Positions 1-10,100 of a stretch of 64,000 nt of DNA are shown here, one piece after another. The DNA comes from Prorocentrum cordatum. Taxonomy: Eukaryota. Position numbers and translations under genes: made by a program. The notes below the pieces were generated by a model, which worked only from the letters and a program-made list of their open reading frames with translations, ran no database searches and had not been told where the DNA came from. Numbering within the stretch: position 1 is the first letter of the stretch; every line of letters begins with the position of its first letter. The DNA is taken from assembly GCA_963575745.1 (NCBI GenBank), contig CAUYUJ010000278.1:1-64000 (forward strand). The letters run 5' to 3'.

Positions 1-80
1 CCACCCGCTACTTTGGCCTCCTTCTGGAATACCAGGGCGCTCGTGCCACGCTCGTCGGCCCTGAGGCTTTCACGGCACCT

Positions 81-3000
81 TTGCCGCCATACCTCTCACG
101 GGCCCATGCTCTGCTGCCAATAGGCCTCCCTCCACCCGACCAAGACGCCATGGCGTACCTCGCCGACGTGATCCTGCACCAACCGCCAGACATGCTGCCG
201 CTCGTCGAGGCGGAGCTCGCCGCGGCGCCGATGGACGGCACCGATCAGGCCGCAGATGATCCCGTATCATGGCTGCTACAGCACATCGCGGCCAGCGATA
301 TCGGCTACATATCCATGGACTCGTTCCACGCGTCGGACGATAGCCAGGACGGCATCGATACCCAGGATCGAGACGGCACGACACCACCAGGCGACTCGGC
401 CCAGCGTGACCGCGACAGTGAACCTTACTTTGGGCACACCTCGTTGCACAGCAGTCCGCCCCACAACTCTGCTCAGGCCGACCCCAGAGCACAGCTCAAC
501 GACGCTGAAGGCGTCACTGCCGCTGACGCGACAAGCCATTCCACTGCATCGCCAGCTCATGCCAGCCAGTGCAGTGGCGGCTTCAGCCCCGCTGCACCAC
601 TGGCTAGACCTGGACATCCCCAGACCGCAGGTGGCAGCATCACGCCCTTCACCTCCGTACACCGTGACAACGTGACTGACGACTGGCAGGCCGACATCGA
701 CAACGACCCCATCGATGATGAGTACCCAGATGCCAGCGTTTCCCACGAGCCACAGCACAGCGCAGCGGCATCACGACATTGTGGCTGCCTCATCTGCCTC
801 TTTGTGGCCACGTACGCCATCGCGATAGCAATGCCGTACAAGGACCAGATCGATGGGTACTTGCCGACACCGAGCCGAGACCCCAGCTACCGACAACAAC
901 GACGACGCAAAGCGACGGCACCAGGCCCATCGGTGTCCACCACATCCCGACGCAAAACGACATACAATGTCACGTCCACATTGTGGGCCACTCTCAAATG
1001 GACCAGCGTCAAACTCAGAGATAGCGTCTCGGGCGGAGCCACTGCAGTCGGGGTCGGCCTCGGGGGTGTCCTGAAATGGGCCAGCGGCAAGCTAGGGGCT
1101 ATTGCCACAGGTGGAGTCGTGTGTGGGCTTCTACTCGTCGGTGCCAAACTTCTTGCCCAGGGAGCTGTTGGACACGTAGGAGCCCGCATCTGTGCGCGGG
1201 CCCTGGACTCATCCACAGCCCAGTGGTGCCTCCGCTGTTGCCAACCAAGCAGGAGGCCGCGTGATGAGGCCACATACAAAATGCCGTGCACGCTCGCCGA
1301 CGAACATGACGACCAGCATGTGCACGCACTCCGACATCCGCTGCTACAGGAACACTACGCCGCAGCAGTTGCCGCCGCAGTCGCCGATGTCACTACCGCC
1401 ACCACCGCCGCCATCGTCGAAGTCACTGCCGCCGTATCGCGAGCCTCGTCTGTCACACCAAGATCGACCAGCCCGTCTCCACGAGACGGCTCCAGGAGCG
1501 GCGCGGCATTCGGTAACCTACCGACTAACGAGGATGCCACAGCACACGGCAGCGACACCGAGGCAAGGGAAACGCGTGAGCGCACCCACGATAGCCCGTG
1601 GTCCATCTTCCGACATGCTGACGCTCGTGGTTCCTCCCCCGACGCGGACACCAAACCACCACGACGGCGAGCACGCTATGCATCACCCGACAGGCCCCAG
1701 GCGCCTTCAGGCCCTGGTATGCCTTACACAGCCCTCAAGCCACCGACACGCAACTTACGCAACACCATCCAGCGCGACCCAGCGGTCCCCGTGCCGCCGA
1801 AGAGCATACTTAACGCCCTGTATCAAAACGGTTTTGCGCTAGGAAACAGTGGCGTGTCTACAGAGGACATCAAAGACGCTCTGCGACTCCACGACCATCC
1901 TCGATTTACTCATGATCCAACACTCCAAGCGCTGGGGCCGTGGACGGACATCATGCAGAGGCCACCGAACCGCCTCACTTGGGTGCTGGAAGACTCGGGC
2001 GGGACCTCAGGCGAGACAATCTTCCCATACCTCACGTGGGACCTCCGCCAACCCACCACCGACGCGCCCACTGTCTTCTGGCATGGGACCCGCGGCGACC
2101 TTGCGGCCCGTCTTGCTGCCAGTGGGGGGCACCTCTTGCCAGGTCCCCGCCGTGAAGCGAAGGGCCGAACTGGCACCAACGTTGGCCGCACGTACGCGAG
2201 CGTGCACCCTTCGCTGGCCGCGTGGTACGCAATGCCGCCCCTCCCGCCTTACAGTCTTGAAGACGACACCCTCGCGTGGGGACCCATCGCACTCTGGATG
2301 TGCGAGGCCACCCAACCACCGCGCGGGGAAAACAGGCACAACTACGTGAAAGGGGAGGCCCACGGAGCACGCCTCATTTACCCTCGGGTCCTGAGCCTCC
2401 TCATCCGCATGGACTGGTGTGCCCCCACAGAAGCTGCTTCCAGGTGCCGTGCCCTTCCACACGCCTATGGCATGGGCGACTGCGCGCACGCCCTCCACAT
2501 CGCTGGCTACGATCATCCAGATCTCCGTGAGGCGGCTGAAGCTCACGACCAGGAAGCTAGCACCAGGCGCAGACCAGCCATCGCGGCAGCATGGCCACCG
2601 CCGCAGGCACTATACTCGCCAGAGGCAGCGCGAGTATGGGCCAAACAGCACTACGACACGGAAGCAGCCACCAGGGATGACCCTAACCAGCCCCGCCCAC
2701 GCGTCTCGCTTCACATGCTCCAGCTGGACCCGAAACCACTCATCGACCTGGTGTACACTGGCTTGCAAGCTGTCCCCGTGCGGGGGCACCCTGACGCACG
2801 CGGGTCGCGCCCCAGCGGCTCCAGCCCTGGGGCCGCGTCGGGCCCACCACGCACGTACAGGTTAGGCACAGCCCTGGCGCACAGTCCAGACCGCTCATCG
2901 ACGACATCTGGAGCCGACGAACGCCGTACGCCTTCCCTCATCAGCGCGGCCGCCGCCCTCGCCCGAGGCCGTGCTCGTCCACGACGATCTGCCTCTCGCT

Positions 3001-4151
3001 CGTCACGACAGAGTGACGGGAACTCCACCTCAGACAACAGTGGCATCGAGACGTGGGAGCATATTGTGACGGAAGAGGAGCCGACTGCCTACCACGTCCT
3101 CGCCTACCATGTCCGTGATGTGCGGTCCCGTGTCAATGCCCTTGGCATCGAGGTCTGGCTCGACCCTGGTGATCACCACGATGGAGCCTACTTACCGTGG
3201 GGGACGACAGTCATGGGCCACCGCGTTATTGACTCTGCGGTGGATGGGCGGGACGGCTGGGTCATCCTCCACCACGACCACGGCGACACCACTACTAAGC
3301 TCTGGGCACCGACCCAAGTCCACGTCAAAGCGGACGACACCTGGCGCACCGTCATGGTACCAGCGGACATGGGGCCCCAGTGGATCAGGTGCCATGCCGA
3401 GGACGCACGCCTCCCCGCCGAGGTTGTCCGCACTACAGGCCAATCCTGGTTTGCTGACGTCTGGCCCTTGTGGGATCGCCCGAGACCCCACCCAGACGAC
3501 CCAGGCACAAATGAGCATGCGCTCCCGCCTCTACCAGGACGCTGGTCTTGCCTACAGTGTCGATTCCAATGCTGTCAGTACTGTGCGGCCCGCCGCAACA
3601 CGCAGCTCGGCACCTCGGGCCAACCAACGTGCCCAGACTGCGCCCGCAGCGGACTGCGTACACTCATGGACTGGTCCACGGACTACTCGTGCAACAGTTG
3701 GACGTGTGCATACAGCACCAACAACAGGGACTCCGACACATGCTGCCTGTCCAGCAGGTGCCCCCATCCCCCCAGGCCACACAACCTGCTCGACGTCCGT
3801 GCCACAGGGATGCCGCCGCACATCCTTGCCCGCCACTTCGGCAACGCGCCAGCCCTCCACGACCTTAAGGAACCCCCCCGAGCGCCTTCAGGCCCCGGGG
3901 GGGAACCTCCACAACCAGGGCAAGCAGGCTACCAGGGTCAATGGTACCTCCCACCGCAGCCGCGGCGCGTCCCCAGGCAGGGACTGCCTGACGGCACAAG
4001 GCGGCACCTGGATTCACAGGAACGGGGATGCCCGAAGAACCTTCCCCCGACCAACCGCTTTGGAGGGAAGGCTACGTGCTCTTCAGTCCCCACCAGGCCC
4101 TCAAGGAGGAATTCACCTTCAACAAGACGGTCCGCCGACCCTACTCCCTAG
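81..4151 (+). CDS. Retrotransposon ORF1-like protein with PARP-like ADP-ribosyltransferase motifs, hydrophobic segments and Cys-rich putative Zn fingers
   Basis: 1356 aa open frame; VFWHGT (H codon 2082) ... GRTYAS (Y codon 2193) ... AWYA ... LWMCEA ... NYV...IYPRVL; Cys clusters CLQC-CQYC-CPDC and WTC..N...CC...C (~3543-3770). True start codon uncertain. Confidence 0.7.
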   Translation: MPPYLSRAHALLPIGLPPPDQDAMAYLADVILHQPPDMLPLVEAELAAAPMDGTDQAADDPVSWLLQHIAASDIGYISMDSFHASDDSQDGIDTQDRDGTTPPGDSAQRDRDSEPYFGHTSLHSSPPHNSAQADPRAQLNDAEGVTAADATSHSTASPAHASQCSGGFSPAAPLARPGHPQTAGGSITPFTSVHRDNVTDDWQADIDNDPIDDEYPDASVSHEPQHSAAASRHCGCLICLFVATYAIAIAMPYKDQIDGYLPTPSRDPSYRQQRRRKATAPGPSVSTTSRRKTTYNVTSTLWATLKWTSVKLRDSVSGGATAVGVGLGGVLKWASGKLGAIATGGVVCGLLLVGAKLLAQGAVGHVGARICARALDSSTAQWCLRCCQPSRRPRDEATYKMPCTLADEHDDQHVHALRHPLLQEHYAAAVAAAVADVTTATTAAIVEVTAAVSRASSVTPRSTSPSPRDGSRSGAAFGNLPTNEDATAHGSDTEARETRERTHDSPWSIFRHADARGSSPDADTKPPRRRARYASPDRPQAPSGPGMPYTALKPPTRNLRNTIQRDPAVPVPPKSILNALYQNGFALGNSGVSTEDIKDALRLHDHPRFTHDPTLQALGPWTDIMQRPPNRLTWVLEDSGGTSGETIFPYLTWDLRQPTTDAPTVFWHGTRGDLAARLAASGGHLLPGPRREAKGRTGTNVGRTYASVHPSLAAWYAMPPLPPYSLEDDTLAWGPIALWMCEATQPPRGENRHNYVKGEAHGARLIYPRVLSLLIRMDWCAPTEAASRCRALPHAYGMGDCAHALHIAGYDHPDLREAAEAHDQEASTRRRPAIAAAWPPPQALYSPEAARVWAKQHYDTEAATRDDPNQPRPRVSLHMLQLDPKPLIDLVYTGLQAVPVRGHPDARGSRPSGSSPGAASGPPRTYRLGTALAHSPDRSSTTSGADERRTPSLISAAAALARGRARPRRSASRSSRQSDGNSTSDNSGIETWEHIVTEEEPTAYHVLAYHVRDVRSRVNALGIEVWLDPGDHHDGAYLPWGTTVMGHRVIDSAVDGRDGWVILHHDHGDTTTKLWAPTQVHVKADDTWRTVMVPADMGPQWIRCHAEDARLPAEVVRTTGQSWFADVWPLWDRPRPHPDDPGTNEHALPPLPGRWSCLQCRFQCCQYCAARRNTQLGTSGQPTCPDCARSGLRTLMDWSTDYSCNSWTCAYSTNNRDSDTCCLSSRCPHPPRPHNLLDVRATGMPPHILARHFGNAPALHDLKEPPRAPSGPGGEPPQPGQAGYQGQWYLPPQPRRVPRQGLPDGTRRHLDSQERGCPKNLPPTNRFGGKATCSSVPTRPSRRNSPSTRRSADPTP

Positions 4152-7100
4152 CCATCACCAACATGTACAGGGATCGTGTCACGGTCAGGACCGTCTGCGA
4201 GTCGATCGCCGAGCGCATCCACACCACCCGCACCCGCTGGCGAGATGTGGTACTGTACTGGGACGCCGAGGGTGGTCCTGGGCCTCAAGCCCTCGACTAC
4301 GACATGCGACTCTGCGACGCCATGGTGAGCCGTGCCACGACCGAAGCCGAGCTAAACCACGACCGCAGCAACCGTGGTAGTTTCTGCCTCTATGGACCAG
4401 CGCACCAGCGAGCCGTCAACATCACGGCGATCTCCGAGCCGCAGAACATCGACTACATGGAGCATGTGCGGCGATACTCACCCGTAGGGGGGACCTACCC
4501 TGACCACGCCTTCGAGCACGTCTATCGGGGCTGGCAGCGGCCCGACGTGCCCACCATCCTCCCCGACACCCGTCCCCTCTCGAGAGCCGACTGGCAGCGT
4601 CACCAACAGCACCAGCAGCGCATCCAGCAGCGGGACCAACGTGACGCAGGACAGCACGGCACGCCACGCTACCGCTCCCCCGCGCGAGTCCCGACAGGCG
4701 GTAACACGGCCTACGACGGGGTTGCCGCCTACTACCGTGGCCCCATAGGCGCCAGGCCCGCGGCTGCTGGAGCAGCCGCCTCCAGCTACGGCCACGCCCC
4801 CCACGCCAGGGTACACCCAGCGGTCATCGGCTACCCGCGTGCACCCGTGCAGGCCCTAAGGGCCACCTCGCCAGTGCCAGGGTCCACGCGCGCCTGGGGC
4901 CTTTACTCAGGCCGACATGATGGCACCTCCAGCAACCAGCCCGCAGTGATAACCCCTGCGGCTTCAGCCCAGGGGGCTGCAACAAACCGTGGCAGGGCTG
5001 GGCGCCCCGAAGGATGGCGTGATGCGAACGTGCGCGCTTGGCAACCTCGCCAGCACACGCCCCCGCCAAACGTGGCTGCAGCACTGCGCCCTGCCCAGGC
5101 AAAACCTGCCCCACCTGAGCGGGAGAGGCAGCCGCTTACCCCGCTCGTCCTCACGCACATCCAGGCGCATCACAGCGCCTCCCCGCGGCACAGCGAGGGA
5201 AGCGCCCACCACGTCAGCCCCCGCCCCGACGCTGTCGACCCCGACCAGGCCACAGCCACGGCGGAGGGCGGCACAAGCGCCTCTCGCCAGCCCAGCCCAT
5301 CACCCTGCGCGGCGCCGATCCGATCCCCGAGCAGGGCGGATTCCGAGCGCGCTAATGCCCAGGCGACCTCGCCACGCGACCGCCACACGGGCGGGCGCGT
5401 CCCGCGCAGCAGGACCTGCAGCCGCCACAGTTCACGCAAGGCCCCAGGGAGCTCCACGAGCTCGCCGCCTCGCGAGACTCAGGCTGATGGCCGAGCCCCC
5501 GAAGTGGTGCCACGCTTCGGAGCCAGCGTCATCGAACCTGGCCAGGCGGTCGACCTCGAGCCGACGCCGTCCACGGACCACGAGCCGCCGCTGCCCACCC
5601 GCGTGATCGTCCCCATCGACGAGGCGCCAACCTTCGACCCGTTCAAGAACAAGTACCGTGTCAAGAACCTTGTGGCGGGTTTCGGCGGTGGCTCACCGCT
5701 CTCACCTCAGAGTCGGGGCGGAGCCCCCGCCACCTCAGCTGCTGCCGCGGCAGCGGCGGCCCCGCGGGGAATCAGCCCTGTCCGCAACGTGGGCCTCACG
5801 GCAGCGGGCATGGACGAGGCCCAGCGCCAGGCCTCCGACCGTGCTGCTGGAGCCGTTCCACCAGATGCTGCTCATCAAGATACTGACGGGGCGGGCGCGC
5901 CACCGCAGGAGGGACCAGCGGTGTCGCGTGCGCAGTACATGCGCGTGCGTTGTGCCGCCGCCGCGCCTAGCCGCCGCCGCTGGTTCGCTTTTGTTTCTGT
6001 GTTCGGCAGGACGGATCGAGGAGTCGCCTCCTTCTCCCTCTGCTGCCGTCTCACCTCTCCTCCCCTCGTCCCCTACAGTACTGGAGTGAGGAGGATTTTT
6101 CGTGACATTTTTACTGACGTTTATGAACCCCCCCTGGCGCAGTGCCGACCGTGTCCCGCCTATACTTCTGGCCTGACGGCGGCTTCAGCCCCGGTCAAGC
6201 TAATCCATAGGAACGCCATGAGCTCCTACTGTGGCCAAGCCTCCTACCTGGGCGAGGGTCAGGCTGACCTTCACCGTGCGGGGCGTGCAAACCCCAGCTC
6301 CACCGATGGAGACGGGCCAGGTCGCTCCATACACCTCGTCAGCCTTAACATCACCAGTCTCTCAGCGAATTGGCCAACCATCACCGCCCTTGGTGTCGAC
6401 CACAACGCCGCAGTCATAGCACTGCAGGAGACCCGACATGCCAAGCCGACTAGGCAAGCCATCGCTACCAGCGCCGCCAATCCACTCCACGGAGGATACC
6501 ACGCCAGTCTTGGACCTGACCTTGATCTGGCGCGAGCCCAGCGCAGAGCTGCCCACGGCGGCACAGACCACACTGTTGTGGGCAACACTGGCGCCTCGGG
6601 AGGGGTCGCCATCCTCTCTAAGGATGCCATTGTCGACTCCACTGTCGACGACAAAGCGCCCTGTATCGCCGCCCTCAAGGCCAAGAAAAGATGGCACGAG
6701 GTCTTTCTCCCGCTCTGCACTCAACACCGCCGCAGGCGGCGACGAAACAACCACGGGCCCGCGGGGATCTACATAGCGAGCCTCTACGGGATTGCTGGAG
6801 GAGACAGCACAGCTCTTTTTCGGCTCGCTGACTGCGCCGCCGCTAGGGTCGGCTCAGCCCCCTACTTCATCTGCATGGACGCCAATACGAACATCGACGA
6901 CAACCCACACCTTCTGCACATGTTGCAGCACGGATGGTTCAACGTTGCTGAGGGCACACCAGACCACACCATGCACACATACGGCAATATCCCTGACTGG
7001 GACCGCGTCACCAAGTGCCCCCGCACTTCGCGCATCGATTATATCATTGCCAACCAAGCGGCGCGATCCCTTGTCACCGACTTCTGCTACCTTCGCGACT

Positions 7101-10100
7101 TGCCAGCGAAGTCTCATGTTGGCCTGCAGGTCACGCTTGACCTCAGTCGCCTCGACCATACGGCCCGACGTCTTCTTGCCCCCACGCCCTACCCTCCCGA
7201 CGATGGAGCTCATGAGGGTCACGAGCTGCAGGCACTAGGGACCCTCATCGCTGGGCGATATCAGGACCGCATGGAACAGGCCGACACACGCGACGACGTG
7301 GAGCGCATGTTCGCCCTGGCTAACGAGGCCAGTCATGAGTACCATCTCACCCGTCTGCGCGACCTGCCACCTCCACCGCCCGACCACCCAAAAAAGAAGC
7401 CCCCCACCATGCACGGGCTCACGCCCACGTTCGAAGATCGACCAGTTGTCCCCCGCGCCTTCCCCACCTACGGAGCTTCCACGATACACATGAACCGACT
7501 GCGCAAGCTCCATCGGCAACTCTGTGAGCTCCGTTTCATCGGACAGCACCATCATTTGGATTGCCGTGCTATCCCGCCGTACCTCGCGCAGCGCATCGAC
7601 TGCACGTGGACCGCGGCCCGCCTCTTATGCCACAAGCTGCGCCCCACGGTTCTCCTAGACTTCCCCGAGGCCTGGACCCCCGACGAGCCAGTGCCTCACG
7701 GAGAGCACCTTGACGTTTTGATCCAACACCTCGACTTGGAGCTGGCGCGACGTGCGAACCGTGCCAAAGCTGAACGCATCAAGATATGGGCTGAGGGCGT
7801 CCGCGAGCCAAGCGGGCGAAAGGCGGCCATATACGCACGGGCTGCTGACAGCTCGCCCACGGCGTATCTCCGCACGCCTACCACACCTGACGATACGCAA
7901 CTCCACTGCGACACCAACGCCTTCAAACCTGACGAAGCTTGCACGGACGACAGCGACGCTGACACCGAAGCTGGCGGCTTCAGCCCCAGCGACGGTAGTT
8001 CGCCCGACACGGACAGCGACGAAGACCACACTCGTGAACCACCACCTGCGCAAGTCCCCGACATCCTCCCTGCCAACGCCATTGTTGCTAACACCAAGGA
8101 CATGCTGAAGCTCATGGTCGACACCTGGGAGCCCATCTTGGGCAGGTACCGTGCACGTGCGGGACATGACGCCGAAGCCATGCCGACGTGGGCCGACTTC
8201 TACGACGAGTACCGACAGGAGCTGCCTACGCCATCACCAGCTACCCCTTTCCACCTCACCGACGACCAACTCATCCACTTCATTCGCACCCGTTCACCGC
8301 GCCGCGCGGGGGGACTGGACGGCTGGACTACTAAGGAGGCTAAGGAGTTACCCGACGACATTCTTCGCCTCTTCGCCAGCGTCCTACGCGCTATGCAACG
8401 CACTGGCACCATCCCAGAACCCCTCCTCCACGTGCCAAACCCGTGCCTCCGAAAAGGCCGAGGCGAACTCCCAACGGACCAACGACTTCTCTCGGTGCTT
8501 TCCGTTTGGATGTATGCGTGGGAAGCGCCAGCTTACCGCAGCCTCACGGACTGGCGGAAAGGATGGACCCACGCCACGAGTTTTGGCGCTGTCCCCAAAG
8601 CTACCATTGGGGACGTCAGCACCTCTCTTGCCCTGCGCATCGAACACGCCAGGGCCTTACTCCTTCCCTTAGCTGGAGCTGCCCTGGACCGACAGAAGTG
8701 TTTCGACTACCTCATCACGGACATCTGCCTTAACCTTGCGCTTCACGCGGGGTGTCCCCAAGACATCGTTACTGTCCGCAGAAACTTCTACAGTCGCCAC
8801 AAACGCTACATCCGCATGAACGGTGCGTACTCTAAGGAACTGGCCAGGACAAACGGTCACCTCCAGGGAAGCTCTTGGTCCCTGGACGACATTAAGCTGC
8901 TCATGTGTGTGTGGACCAAGAGACAGCATCGATACGTTCCGCGATCACTCAGCACTACCTTCGTTGACGACAGCAACTCCACTACCCACACCGCGCCTGA
9001 GTTGCAGAAATCTCTTGATGAAACCGCCAAGTTTGATCGATTTTCTGGTCAACGCATTCATCCTGGCAAAGTGGCGGGGTGGGCGCTCACCGACGAGCTT
9101 CACACAGCCGTTACCCAGCTCACTCTGGCGGAACGGCCCTTACGCGTGGTCGACTCCTTCAAGCTCGTCGGGAGTTACATCAACGCCGAGGCAGCGCCGG
9201 CTCCAGCCGCGCTTAACCTCACGGCCACCGCTGACGCCCGTGTTCGCAGGGCGACTAGTCGCCTGCCGCGCATTGGCAAGCTCCCATCACCGATGCTTAT
9301 TAAGGCGCGGCACGCCCGTTCCCTTGCTGCCAGCGTCTGTACCACGGGCACCGACATTCAAGCCCCATCAGGCCCCGTCAAAACTGCCTACAACCATGCC
9401 CTTAAGGCGGCTATCCGCCCCAAGGGAAACAGGTGGGTCGAGTTTTGGACTCTCATGGCCGTGTGCGTCCCAGGACACGCCCTGGAGATTGACGCCATTA
9501 TGCAGCGTGAAGTCTTCCTGTGTCTGCGGCGACAGGTTAACCGCGACGCTACTCTCTGCGGTCTCGTCAGGGATCTCCAACACCATGTCCAGACCCTTTT
9601 CGGGGGAGGACCTGTTGGACGACTTGTCCAGACGCTTCAGCAGCTCCGTTGGACCTGGCCCACATTTGGCATCATGTACGACGACTGGGGCTGTCAGATC
9701 AGTTGGCTGAACCTACCCCAAAACGCCTTCCTTCACATGCTGCGAGCCTCACAACGCAGAGCCTTTCTGAGAAAAATCAAGCCACGGCGTCATGACCTTG
9801 GACACCTGGCCTCTGTCAGACAGGGCCTCGACCTCTTCGCCAGCACGTGGCTCGCCCGAACGAAAGGAGCAGCCAAATGCAACGCATGGCAGCTGGCGCT
9901 CCTCCTTAACTACCTGTCGGGCGGGGACCACACCCAACAGCGACGATCCCGATCAAACACGTCCGCTGACCCCAGCCCCATCTGCCGATACTGCGACGAG
10001 GAAGAGGAAACTCAGGAGCACACTGTTCGCGACTGCAAGTGCTGGGCCCGAGAAAGAGTCCCTCTCACCACCCTCATCAGTGACGAGCAGTGGGCCCGTC

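Noticed and set aside
6230..6256. GQASYLG before the APE as a possible 2A-like peptide
   Set aside because: Lacks the essential NPGP/PGP of D(V/I)ExNPGP; resemblance too weak.
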